Positions 7,077 through 17,873 of a stretch of DNA of 44,110 bases are shown in pieces. Under the pieces are notes generated by a model. The model did not search any database and was not told the DNA's origin. It saw nothing but the letters and a program-made list of their open reading frames with translations. Each line of letters starts with the position of its first letter. The stretch's first letter is position 1. This DNA comes from Patescibacteria group bacterium UBA661 (GTDB taxonomy: Bacteria; Patescibacteriota; Minisyncoccia; Phycocordibacterales; UBA918), in NCBI GenBank assembly GCA_002299465.1, contig DBNX01000017.1, positions 1 through 44,110 of the forward strand, read 5' to 3'. The position numbers and the translations under genes were made by a program.

Positions 7077-8648
7077 CTAAGCCAGTCCCGGAAAGAAATC
7101 TTTTTTGATATTTTTAACGCCTAAATCGCGCAGTAGTTTGGTGTAAGCATCCACCATCATCGGTGGTCCAGAAATATACCAAACTCGCTCGAGATAATCA
7201 GGGGCGTGTTTTTTTATAATCTCGGCCGTCAAAAATCCGTACTCATAAAGTGGGATTTTTTCTTTTGCCAACACCGGAATGATTTTCAGTGGTAGAGTTT
7301 GTGTCGATTTCTCCAGCCAATCTTCATAGGCAATCTCCGAAGCAAAATTGTTACAATAAAACAAAATTGTATCCAACTTTGGCACATCGCTAGACATTTG
7401 CATTTGTTCAATTTGACTAATGAATGGCGTTACGCCTATACCACCAGCAATCATGGCTATTTTCTTGTCAGGAAGTGTTGGTAAAAGAAAGTCTCCAGCT
7501 AGCTGGCTAGCAATAATCTTGTCGCCTATTTTCATTTTCCGTAAAGCTTGCTTGTAAGTACTAGTCCTTTCACCTATCCGCACAGTAAAACTTAGAAGTG
7601 GATTAGCGGGAGCGGAAGAAATAGTTAGATAACGTCGCGAACCACGATTATCCGGTGCCTCGTGGGACAACATCCATTCCAGATATTGTCCGGCCCAAAA
7701 ACGCATCCGAGCTGGTTTGTTAAAAGTAAAGACAAAGGTTTCTTTTGCCACTTCGCGAACGGCTACGAGTGGCAAAATTAGTTTTTGTTTCAAGGTTGAG
7801 GGATAGAATAATAGGTTGCCTAAGACCAAGGCCAGTTCGGGTGTCATCTTTATTCCCACTGTCAAAAAAGCGGTTGTCTGAGAAAAGATAGCGACCACGG
7901 CCGCGTAACCCACCTGCAAACCTTTCCGTGGCGGCATAGTAAATGGTTCGGTAAGCATAAAAAAGGCCAAAAATAGACTCGGTCCAGAAAACCAAAAACG
8001 AACTACGGTCTCGTCTGTGATGGTCCCAAAAAAACGCCAGTCCTCAATCAAATAAACTACAAAAGCTACTGTCAGAAAAGTTAAAATCGGAATTTTTTTT
8101 CTTACCTTAGCAACTACCACCACACCCGCGATGAGTAGCGGTATGAATAATTCTCTTTGCCCAATCCACCACGTTGACTCAAAAAACCCAGGAATTGGCA
8201 ATACTTCGTACAAGAGTGCCAATAAAACCAGACCCATGGCGGCCGGATTAAATAGGTGCTGTTTACGCCAAACAAAAATGTATTTAGAAGCGATTGCTAG
8301 TGCCACCACTGCCGCTAATTGCCAAACTTCGCCCACTGCCGTAAGTTGTGGTGGCAAAATAAGAAAGAAGAGAATTAGCCCAGTGATTAGAGCCGATTCG
8401 TGATTGGCGTCTACGTGCCAAAGCTTGCTAAAAATTAAGTTAAGGAGAAGAGCGGTTGCCACCGCCACGATTAGCGCAATTAATTGCTCGGAAGCTCGGT
8501 ACGGTAGCGCCCCCACTGAGCCCAAGAACAGTGAGCAGCCAACCAGAAACAAAAGCGCTAGCGTGACCGTGCGGTACATACTGATACCATCAAGTTTGTG
8601 TTGTCCTAGACGCCACCAATGCAAAGCCGAATAAGCAACTTTTTTCAC
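7077..8648 (-). CDS. RnfD/NqrB-like membrane domain fused to an FAD/NAD(P)-binding FNR-like oxidoreductase domain
   Basis: N-half: SALITGLIL, ASKYIF...HLFNPAA, FFMLTEPFTMP. C-half: AGQY, RRYLTISSAP, GDFLL, IAGGIGVTPF, YISGPPMMV, DFFPG. Start placed at GTG 8648 (7 nt after TGTTAGAAT); the ORF is open to 8714. Confidence 0.85.
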   Translation of the reverse strand: MKKVAYSALHWWRLGQHKLDGISMYRTVTLALLFLVGCSLFLGSVGALPYRASEQLIALIVAVATALLLNLIFSKLWHVDANHESALITGLILFFLILPPQLTAVGEVWQLAAVVALAIASKYIFVWRKQHLFNPAAMGLVLLALLYEVLPIPGFFESTWWIGQRELFIPLLIAGVVVVAKVRKKIPILTFLTVAFVVYLIEDWRFFGTITDETVVRFWFSGPSLFLAFFMLTEPFTMPPRKGLQVGYAAVVAIFSQTTAFLTVGIKMTPELALVLGNLLFYPSTLKQKLILPLVAVREVAKETFVFTFNKPARMRFWAGQYLEWMLSHEAPDNRGSRRYLTISSAPANPLLSFTVRIGERTSTYKQALRKMKIGDKIIASQLAGDFLLPTLPDKKIAMIAGGIGVTPFISQIEQMQMSSDVPKLDTILFYCNNFASEIAYEDWLEKSTQTLPLKIIPVLAKEKIPLYEYGFLTAEIIKKHAPDYLERVWYISGPPMMVDAYTKLLRDLGVKNIKKDFFPGLA

Positions 8649-8730
8649 AAGATAAATTCTAACACAAAACACTTGAGTACTTTTATAAGTAAAGTATAAT
8701 AGCCAAATAATCACTTAATTAAATATCAGT

Positions 8731-9219
8731 ATGCCAATTGTCGTTGTTATTTTGGGGGTAATTATCATCATTATGGGAGTCGCTTTTTTCTTGATTCCAA
8801 GACCAGCTGATGAAGCGGCCTTACCGCCACCAGTTGCCACCGAAGAAAACAATCGTACGGAAACTATGGAAATAGCTGAGGAGCAAACGGTAGAAACTGA
8901 ACCTCTGCCAAGTATAACCCCAGGCACAATTACTCTTCAGGAAAATGTAACTTATTTAACTCCGGCTCGAACTGAACACCAGCTAGCCGTCACTATGACT
9001 GTCGATAACAATAATATAGTGACTGATGTGAACGTTGTCTACGATGAAACCAATGGTTTTTCTAATGGTCACCAAGAGCGTTTTGATGGTCTTTACAAGG
9101 CCGAAGTAATTGGTAAGCCACTATCAGAAATCTCGCTCTCTCGAGTCGGCGGCGCCTCACTCACCACCGATGCCTTCAATGAAGCCGTGCGCAATATGCT
9201 TGAGCCCCAAGTCAACTAA
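8731..9219 (+). CDS. Membrane-anchored FMN-binding (RnfG/NqrC-like) flavinylation substrate
   Basis: N-terminal TM anchor, Pro/Glu/Thr-rich linker, C-terminal LSRVGGASLTTDAFNEA; directly upstream of apbE. Confidence 0.8.
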   Translation: MPIVVVILGVIIIIMGVAFFLIPRPADEAALPPPVATEENNRTETMEIAEEQTVETEPLPSITPGTITLQENVTYLTPARTEHQLAVTMTVDNNNIVTDVNVVYDETNGFSNGHQERFDGLYKAEVIGKPLSEISLSRVGGASLTTDAFNEAVRNMLEPQVN

Positions 9220-9226
9220 AAACTCA

Positions 9227-10123
9227 ATGTCGATAGTTCTACCGCCTCTCTCCGCTTTGGGTACTGTCTGGTACGTAGAATTGTTTGATAGTCTCAATCA
9301 AGAAAAGGCGGACGAGACCTCTGGTCTCGTCCGCCTTTTTCTTACCGACTTTGAAGAAAAATACTCTCGCTTCAAACCCCACTCCCTCATCTCCACCCTA
9401 AACAACACCGGCGCCTTAATTAATCCTGACCAAACAACCATTGCCCTGCTCACTCTCGCTCAAAAATTTTACCGCGACACTGGAGGCATCTTTAACCCGC
9501 TCATCGGTGAACACTTACTAGCCCGTGGCTATGATACAAACTACAGCTTTACCCCAAAAACTGAACCGTCAGATTTTCCTTCACCCCTAACCGCCCTCTC
9601 TATTAGTCGAGAAAGTATCAAGCTCACAGCTGGTCAAATTGATTTGGGTGGTTACGGCAAAGGCTGGCTCATTGACCAACTTTCTTTGTTCCTAAGAGAC
9701 CGAGGTTTTCAATATTTTCTTATCAACGGCGGTGGTGATATGTATGCGACCAGTAATTATGATGAACCGATCCCCATCTACCTAGAACATCCCACCTTAC
9801 CCAATACTTACATTGCAGAAACCACACTCAAAAATCAAGGATTTGCTGCCTCAAGTACAGAAAAACGGCGCTGGCAAGTCGCTGGTAAAAAATACTCGCA
9901 CATTGTCGATACCACCAACCCAACCAAAAACTCCTCCGACCTAAATAACGATACCTTTGGCATTTATGTAAAAGCCCCGCTGGCTGTCACCGCTGATGCC
10001 TGGTCAACCACTCTCCTTATTTCAAAACCGGAAACACACCAAGCATTGCTTACCCAAGAGCAAGTAACGCACGCTACCTTTAATGTCCAAAGTGGGACTC
10101 TGATTTCCAGTCCTAATTTCTAA
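9227..10123 (+). CDS. apbE: FAD:protein FMN transferase
   Basis: ALGT, SRF...S.IS.LN, IDLGGYGKG, INGGGD, HIVD, ADAWST; true start MSIV at 9227. Confidence 0.92.
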   Translation: MSIVLPPLSALGTVWYVELFDSLNQEKADETSGLVRLFLTDFEEKYSRFKPHSLISTLNNTGALINPDQTTIALLTLAQKFYRDTGGIFNPLIGEHLLARGYDTNYSFTPKTEPSDFPSPLTALSISRESIKLTAGQIDLGGYGKGWLIDQLSLFLRDRGFQYFLINGGGDMYATSNYDEPIPIYLEHPTLPNTYIAETTLKNQGFAASSTEKRRWQVAGKKYSHIVDTTNPTKNSSDLNNDTFGIYVKAPLAVTADAWSTTLLISKPETHQALLTQEQVTHATFNVQSGTLISSPNF

Positions 10124-10141
10124 CACCCCTCACCAATAATC

Positions 10142-10387
10142 TTACAACAAAATCGTTACTTGATTCTGACTAACTTCCAACGTACCTGAAGTCAAAGAAA
10201 ATTTTTCACTAGACCCATCTTCTTTACGCACAGTAATTACTCCCCCCTTAAGGGCAGTCATCAGCGGTGCGTGATTGGCTAAAATTGTCATCTCGCCTTC
10301 GCTCCCCGGCACCGTTACCGAAATTACCGATCCAGCAAAAACGGGTGAATCGACACGAGCAATTGTAAGTTGTAACTGTTTAGACAT
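10142..10387 (-). CDS. atpC: ATP synthase epsilon subunit (N-terminal beta-sandwich only)
   Basis: VPGSEGEMTILANHAPL; last gene of the atp operon. Confidence 0.9.
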   Translation of the reverse strand: MSKQLQLTIARVDSPVFAGSVISVTVPGSEGEMTILANHAPLMTALKGGVITVRKEDGSSEKFSLTSGTLEVSQNQVTILL

Positions 10388-10395
10388 AAATTTTT

Positions 10396-10725
10396 TTATT
10401 TCTCTTCTAGCTGGGCGGCTTTTCTGGCAAAAAGTACAATTTTATTTCCCCCGATGTATTTGCCATTAACTTCAATCCGACAAGCATTACCAAACAAATG
10501 CCAAGCCGAACCGAGAGTAACTTTAATCATATCGTCACCATAAGGAAAAGTAAAAACTGAACCCATGGCCCGAGACGCTGCCACGTCCGTCATATTGTAG
10601 ATGTTCTCCAACATAACCTCGTCATTGATCGTAATTTTTTCAAGAGAATCACCCGACCAGCTCCAACCGTTCTCTACGGTAATCTGATTATTGTCCCAAT
10701 TTGCTTGCCAGGTTTTTACGTTCAT
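10396..10725 (-). CDS. Hypothetical beta-rich protein inserted in the atp operon
   Basis: 109-aa ORF, 8 nt from both atpD and atpC. Confidence 0.8.
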   Translation of the reverse strand: MNVKTWQANWDNNQITVENGWSWSGDSLEKITINDEVMLENIYNMTDVAASRAMGSVFTFPYGDDMIKVTLGSAWHLFGNACRIEVNGKYIGGNKIVLFARKAAQLEEK

Positions 10726-10733
10726 AATTAGAT

Positions 10734-12161
<1,428 letters not shown>

Positions 12162-12193
12162 TCACTCTGTGCTCGTACTCTGTGCTTGGTACC

Positions 12194-12229
12194 GCCGAGT
12201 GATAAAGGTCTCTTCCCTTATCACTCGGC
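12194..12229. other. 12-bp intergenic hairpin between atpG and atpD
   Basis: GCCGAGTGATAA/TTATCACTCGGC, no U-tract; possible mRNA stability or processing element. Confidence 0.55.
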
Positions 12230-12244
12230 ACTAACCCGACGTCT

Positions 12245-13150
12245 CTACCGCATCGCCTCGGCGCCAGCGGTGATTTCAGATATTTCGGCTGTAATTTTGG
12301 CTTGACGAGCTTTATTGAATTTAATGGTCAGAGACTTTACCACTTCTTTGCTTTTATCAGTAGCATTCTTCATCGCCACCATTCGCGCGGAATGTTCTGA
12401 CGCCTTACTTTCAAGCAGGGCGTAAAAAATAATAATTTGCACCAACTGCGGTATCAGTACATCAAAAACTGTCTTGGCATTAGGTTCAATCGTATGGTCA
12501 ATAACTTCATCTGGTAACACGACATCATCACTAAACTTACCAGTCTTGGGACGAATACCGCGCATAATGTAATGTACTTCCGCTGGATCAAGCGGCAGCG
12601 CCTGTCGTAGGGTTGGCTCTTGCTCAAAAGTGGAAAGGAAGTTTTGGTAAACAACTTCAACTTTGGCGTAAGTAGCATCTGCAGCGAAGGCGGTAATAAC
12701 TTTATCCGCAATTTCATAAGCATCAGCCACCGTCACATCATCGCCAACATTTGTGTAATGTCCCAGTAAAGTGATGTTCTCTCGATGAGCAAACTCTACC
12801 GCTTTGCGACCAATCGCCACCATAGCAAACTCAACCTTTGCCGCCTTAAGCTCCTCCACTTTTTTAAGTACGGCACTATTAACACTTCCTGCCAAACCCT
12901 TATCGCTAGTCACTACCACCAAGAGACGCTTGCCTGTCTCGCGTTTACTTGCTAACGGGTGGGTTGTCAAGGCCTCAGATTGTGCCACTCGCGTCAATAT
13001 TTTCATCGCCGCGTGAACATAGGGTCGGCTCTGGAAAGCTCTTTCCTGACTTTTGCGCATTTTCACTGCCGACACTGACTCCATTGCCTTGGTGACTTTA
13101 CCAGTTTTTTTGGTGGCAGTTATTTTATTTTTGATTTGCTTGAGAGCCAT
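12245..13150 (-). CDS. atpG: ATP synthase F1 gamma subunit
   Basis: KVTKAM, SDKGLAG, SEHSARMVAMKNAT, RQAKITAEISEI. Confidence 0.98.
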   Translation of the reverse strand: MALKQIKNKITATKKTGKVTKAMESVSAVKMRKSQERAFQSRPYVHAAMKILTRVAQSEALTTHPLASKRETGKRLLVVVTSDKGLAGSVNSAVLKKVEELKAAKVEFAMVAIGRKAVEFAHRENITLLGHYTNVGDDVTVADAYEIADKVITAFAADATYAKVEVVYQNFLSTFEQEPTLRQALPLDPAEVHYIMRGIRPKTGKFSDDVVLPDEVIDHTIEPNAKTVFDVLIPQLVQIIIFYALLESKASEHSARMVAMKNATDKSKEVVKSLTIKFNKARQAKITAEISEITAGAEAMR

Positions 13151-13174
13151 GCAATTATGCTACTAACTGGTAAT

Positions 13175-14743
13175 TTAGAATTGATTATAGTATTGCTTGT
13201 GAGCTTCTTTGAAGTCGGCAATCGCCACGTTTAGCTGACCGCTAGTGTCTTCCGTCAAATCTCGACCAGTCTCAATGGTGGTTAGAATCTCTGGTCGATC
13301 GCGTTCGAGAAAAGCCAGGAAGGACTCCTCAATCAACCGCACGTTGTTGGCTTCCGCTCCTGCCAACAAACCGTTATTAGCACCATAGATTGATGCAACT
13401 TGTTTGTAAAAAGGCATCGGATTACCTTGGGCTTGTTTAAGTAACTCAACATACCGCCGACCACTTTCAATTCTTTTTTTGGTGTCTTCATCTAGGTCTG
13501 AAGCAAACTGCATAAACGCTTCCAGTTCACGAAACTGCGCCAACTCTAGCCGGATTTTGCCAGAAACTTTTTTCATCGCTTTAGTCTGGGCTGAAGAACC
13601 CACGCGCGAAACAGAAATACCAACATTTAAAGCTGGGCGAATTCCCTTGTTAAACAAATCTGTCTCGAGAAAGATTTGACCATCAGTAATTGAAATAACG
13701 TTGGTAGGAATATAAGCGGCCACGTCACCTTCCTGGGTCTCGATAATCGGCAGAGCCGTAATTGAACCGCCGCCTAGTTCTTTGGAAAGTTTTGCGGAAC
13801 GTTCCAGAAGACGTGAGTGTAGGTAAAAAATATCACCCGGATACGCTTCTCGTCCCGGTGGACGACGAAGCAAAAGTGACATTTGGCGATAAGCCACGGC
13901 GTGCTTGGAAAGATCATCAAACACCACCAGCACGTCTTTGCCTTGCTCCATAAAATATTCACCAATCGCCACTCCAGAGAAAGGAGCCAAGAAAAGCATT
14001 GGTGACGCCTCAGCGGCCGAAGCAGCAACAATAACCGTATACTCAAGTGCTCCCGCCGCTTCGAGCTTGGCCATAATGCTGGCGGTCTTAGAACGCTTTT
14101 GTCCAATAGCGACATAAATACAAATTGGGCGCTTGTCTTTTGGTTCGTACTTTTGATTGATGATGGTGTCAATCGCAATTGTCGTTTTGCCAGTACCACG
14201 ATCACCAATGATGAGCTCTCTCTGTCCTCGACCAATTGGAATCATCGAATCAATCGCCTTCACACCGGTGTGAATCGGCTCATTTACAGACGAGCGGTCC
14301 ATTACGCCGTAAGCCACTCGTTCAATCGGCATATTCTTTTTTGCCGTGATTGTCCCCTTGCCATCAATGGCTTCACCGAGCGCATTAACGACTCGCCCGA
14401 CAATCTCCTCGCCCACCGGAACCGACAGTAGCTTCCCGGTCCGCCGTACCACCATCCCCTCCTTGACGAGACTGCTTTCCCCCAACACCACCACTTTTAC
14501 CGTATCTTCCTCCAGATTGAGTACAAGCCCAAAGAGAACTACGCTACGCTTCATGGCGGTTTCCAGTGATTCTCCTCCACTGGTCTCAAACAGCACCATT
14601 TCCATCATCTGGGCTTTTTCCAGACCTTCAATTTCAGCCACACCATCACCCACCGAAACTACTACCCCCACCTCTTCTGGTTTGGCAGTTACGTTAAGTG
14701 ACTCAATCTCTTTTTTAATACGGTCAATAATTACAGTACTCAT
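13175..14743 (-). CDS. atpA: ATP synthase F1 alpha subunit
   Basis: [29 protein letters not shown]. Confidence 0.99.
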   Translation of the reverse strand: MSTVIIDRIKKEIESLNVTAKPEEVGVVVSVGDGVAEIEGLEKAQMMEMVLFETSGGESLETAMKRSVVLFGLVLNLEEDTVKVVVLGESSLVKEGMVVRRTGKLLSVPVGEEIVGRVVNALGEAIDGKGTITAKKNMPIERVAYGVMDRSSVNEPIHTGVKAIDSMIPIGRGQRELIIGDRGTGKTTIAIDTIINQKYEPKDKRPICIYVAIGQKRSKTASIMAKLEAAGALEYTVIVAASAAEASPMLFLAPFSGVAIGEYFMEQGKDVLVVFDDLSKHAVAYRQMSLLLRRPPGREAYPGDIFYLHSRLLERSAKLSKELGGGSITALPIIETQEGDVAAYIPTNVISITDGQIFLETDLFNKGIRPALNVGISVSRVGSSAQTKAMKKVSGKIRLELAQFRELEAFMQFASDLDEDTKKRIESGRRYVELLKQAQGNPMPFYKQVASIYGANNGLLAGAEANNVRLIEESFLAFLERDRPEILTTIETGRDLTEDTSGQLNVAIADFKEAHKQYYNQF

Positions 14744-14788
14744 AAATTTTTTGCGTAATTAATAATTTTAAGTGGATAGGGTTTTGGT

Positions 14789-15172
14789 TTACTTGGTAAT
14801 CTTCTCGTAAAGGTTGATTAGAGTCCGTTTATAACTCTTGTCGATAAGCTGACCCCGCACTCGCAATGAAAAGCCGCCGCCAAGAGTTTTATCAATTTTA
14901 ACAAGATACGACTCGTCAGTAGCCCCCAGGAGAGTCAGAGCTTCCTTGATAGCAACGTCTAAGTGCTTATGGTCAGCATCGGCAACTACGACTTGAGGCG
15001 AGGTCCTTTCTAGTTTATTAACTAACTCGCGCTTGGCTGTCTTTAGTATCTGCGACCACAAACGCGAGTGTCCCCGACTTTGCAAAAGCATCTTTAAATT
15101 AGCTAGAGCTGTTTCAGGGCTAACTCCAGCTAAGATATTTTCTACTAAGGCAGTTGCGTAAACGTTTTTCAT
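14789..15172 (-). CDS. atpH: ATP synthase delta subunit (short form)
   Basis: YATAL N-terminus, IDKTLGGG..LID.S C-terminus; position in the operon. Confidence 0.85.
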   Translation of the reverse strand: MKNVYATALVENILAGVSPETALANLKMLLQSRGHSRLWSQILKTAKRELVNKLERTSPQVVVADADHKHLDVAIKEALTLLGATDESYLVKIDKTLGGGFSLRVRGQLIDKSYKRTLINLYEKITK

Positions 15173-15181
15173 ATAACTAGC

Positions 15182-15634
15182 TTAACCATTAGCTCGTTCG
15201 CGCAAGATTTTTTCAGCGGCTAAAATCGCCAGCTGGGCCACTTCTCTCTCACTTTCTTTCAGGGCTTGTTCCTTAAGAACGGCACTTTTTAGCTCGGCGT
15301 TTTTTACCAATTCGGCTGCCTTAACCTCCGCTAAAGCCAGCATTTCAGCCGTCTTTGCGTCAGCGGCAGCTTTGGCTCTTCCCGCCACCGCCTCGGCTTC
15401 CTGATGAGCAGCGGTTAGTACATTCTGCTTTTCTAGGGCAGCATTAGCTTTGAAACTTTTTGCTTCCTCCGCATCTTTAAGTCCTTGCGCGATTTTTTCT
15501 TCCCGCTCGTTAAGCAGTTTAAGGATTGGTCGATACAGCAAATACCCTAAAGCCAACACCAGGATGGTGAAGTTTATAAGCTGGATAGCAATGAGACGCC
15601 GGTCGATGCCAAAAGCATTGATAATGTCTTCCAT
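15182..15634 (-). CDS. atpF: ATP synthase Fo b subunit
   Basis: QLINF.IL...LLYRPI...REEKI, Ala/Glu/Lys coiled coil. Confidence 0.95.
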   Translation of the reverse strand: MEDIINAFGIDRRLIAIQLINFTILVLALGYLLYRPILKLLNEREEKIAQGLKDAEEAKSFKANAALEKQNVLTAAHQEAEAVAGRAKAAADAKTAEMLALAEVKAAELVKNAELKSAVLKEQALKESEREVAQLAILAAEKILRERANG

Positions 15635-15726
15635 AAGTGAGGTTTAATTTAAATGATTTTTGCCAAGAGACTAATTCTGAAATAAGTGAGATTCACCGAT
15701 CGCGGAACGGTACTGACATCAACCAT

Positions 15727-16011
<285 letters not shown>

Positions 16012-16093
16012 TTATAATTTTTAATTCCTACTGGACAAGTTACGAGTCACGCCCATTGTTGTTTTTAACGGGACTCGTGATTATCCACTAGCA

Positions 16094-16864
16094 CTAATGC
16101 GGTTCTGCCACCGCGAGTTTAATGAAGAACAAAGTTAAAATTGCAAAAATAGAAGCCTGAATCAGACCAACAAAAACCTCAAAAGCTATTATTGGCACCG
16201 GCACAACATACGGGATAAAGAAAACAATTACCACCAAAAGCGTCTTGCCGGCAAAGATATTACCAAAAAGACGGAAGGAAAAGGAGATTAGACGCGCTAG
16301 TTCGGAAATAAGCTCAATAATACCAATAATAAAAGCTAGCGGTGAGGAAAAATTAATAAACTTACCAGCATATTTAAAGATTCCTAGAGTTACAAAACCA
16401 GCGGTTTGAACAGTCAGGAAAGCGACAATCGCAAAAGCAATTGTGATGTTGAGGTCGGTATTGGCTGGATATAACAATGGCTTAAGACCACCTTCGTACA
16501 ACAACCCGATGGCCGCCACCCCCGGCAACAACCCTGCCCAGTTGAGGGCCAACACAAAAATAAATATCGTCATCACGATCGGAAAATATTTAAGAGCCAA
16601 CTGACGACTCTCCAAAACTTCAGCCATGTAGTTGTAGACACCACCCACCAGCACTTCGGTGGCACTCTGTAATTTACCCGGCACTAATGCTAGTCGTTGT
16701 TTTATAAGAAAAGCCAAGCTGATTATCAAAATCATTGTCAACCAAGTCGTCAATAATGTAGCGGTGATTGGCACACCGAAGAATTCACCAAGCACATAAG
16801 GTCTTAATGAGACTTGAATCCCGGCTTCTTGAGCGGCGTAGACGGTCGGAATGAGTGAAAACAT
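16094..16864 (-). CDS. atpB: ATP synthase Fo a subunit
   Basis: SFRLFGNIFAG, IQASIF. Confidence 0.97.
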   Translation of the reverse strand: MFSLIPTVYAAQEAGIQVSLRPYVLGEFFGVPITATLLTTWLTMILIISLAFLIKQRLALVPGKLQSATEVLVGGVYNYMAEVLESRQLALKYFPIVMTIFIFVLALNWAGLLPGVAAIGLLYEGGLKPLLYPANTDLNITIAFAIVAFLTVQTAGFVTLGIFKYAGKFINFSSPLAFIIGIIELISELARLISFSFRLFGNIFAGKTLLVVIVFFIPYVVPVPIIAFEVFVGLIQASIFAILTLFFIKLAVAEPH

Positions 16865-17156
16865 GAAAAACTACAAACCACCAGCCGGCGATTTGCGCGG
16901 GTATTTTACCACAAACACCCTTAAAAACCAAACTGGTTTTGCGGATTAACTTACACAAAACCTTAATTGTAAACAGTAAACCGGATTTTCTGCAAAATTT
17001 TGTCTGACCTTACTTGCCTACGATCCTAAAATCTGAAGAAATCTTGTTTCAAATCGCAAACATCATACTCAAAAAATGTGTTTTACCTGATTGTTTGTGT
17101 AGTAAAAAATGTTATATTTGAGGTTCATTTCTTACCAGAACTTAAAGGAGATAGCG

Positions 17157-17459
17157 ATGGTGGAAATCAAGCGCCTGGGCACGCTCTGTGGTGTACCAAT
17201 CTGTGTGAGGCACTACAAGGTTGCTCCAAACAGCACTGTAATCAACGCGGTTTGTACAGAAGATGGTTATGTCTTCGATAAAGAGATTCTAAACGACATG
17301 CGGATAGAAGCTAAGGAAATTCGCCACTTTCTTGCTGAGAACCTTATCAAGACAGCTGAGCTTTTTGGTGTAAAACCGTACGATATTAGTATCAGCGGCC
17401 CCGACCAAACTGATGGCAGTATGTTCCTCACCATTTTCACACCCCAAAGAGAAAGCTAA
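17157..17459 (+). CDS. Hypothetical protein (~100 aa)
   Basis: AAGGAG 6 nt upstream of ATG 17157; has its own terminator. Confidence 0.7.
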   Translation: MVEIKRLGTLCGVPICVRHYKVAPNSTVINAVCTEDGYVFDKEILNDMRIEAKEIRHFLAENLIKTAELFGVKPYDISISGPDQTDGSMFLTIFTPQRES

Positions 17460-17468
17460 GTGCTCTCA

Positions 17469-17499
17469 CAACCACCTCGTATGAGGTGGTTGAATTTTT
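17469..17499 (+). terminator. Intrinsic terminator
   Basis: CAACCACCTC-GTAT-GAGGTGGTTG then AATTTTT. Confidence 0.7.
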
Positions 17500-17597
17500 G
17501 TTAAAATTTACATCATGACCACTTTTAGACTGCTGACAACCTTACTTTTTGCAGTAAATCACTCTGCCAGTATATTTGCTAAAAAATCGACATTTTG

Positions 17598-17626
17598 TTG
17601 ACTAATCGCTACCAATTTGCTATCGT
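17598..17626 (+). promoter_or_regulatory. sigma70 promoter of rpmG
   Basis: TTGACT-17 nt-TATCGT with an extended TG, 10 nt before the ATG. Confidence 0.65.
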
Positions 17627-17636
17627 TAGCGACATT

Positions 17637-17816
17637 ATGTCACAAGATTTATTGATTAAACTCGTCTCCGTTGGCGATAAAAAAGGTGTCGGTAAAGGAC
17701 ACGTTTATTACACGCGTTACAACAACAAATCAAAAAAAGATCCGAGTAAAAAGTACGAAACTAAAAAGTTTAACCCGATCGCCCAAGCCCACACTGTCTA
17801 CAAACAAAAGAAATAA
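17637..17816 (+). CDS. rpmG: 50S ribosomal protein L33 (Cys-free type)
   Basis: IKLVS...GHVYYT..N......KYETKKFNP....HTVYK. Confidence 0.88.
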   Translation: MSQDLLIKLVSVGDKKGVGKGHVYYTRYNNKSKKDPSKKYETKKFNPIAQAHTVYKQKK

Positions 17817-17848
17817 AAAACTGCCCACCGTACGGTGGGCAGTTTTTT
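17815..17848. terminator. Bidirectional terminator (rpmG / aldolase)
   Basis: Perfect 34-nt palindrome AAAAAACTGCCCACCGT/ACGGTGGGCAGTTTTTT. Confidence 0.9.
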
Positions 17849-17873
17849 ATTTCTTTTGTTTGGCCTGCCTCTT

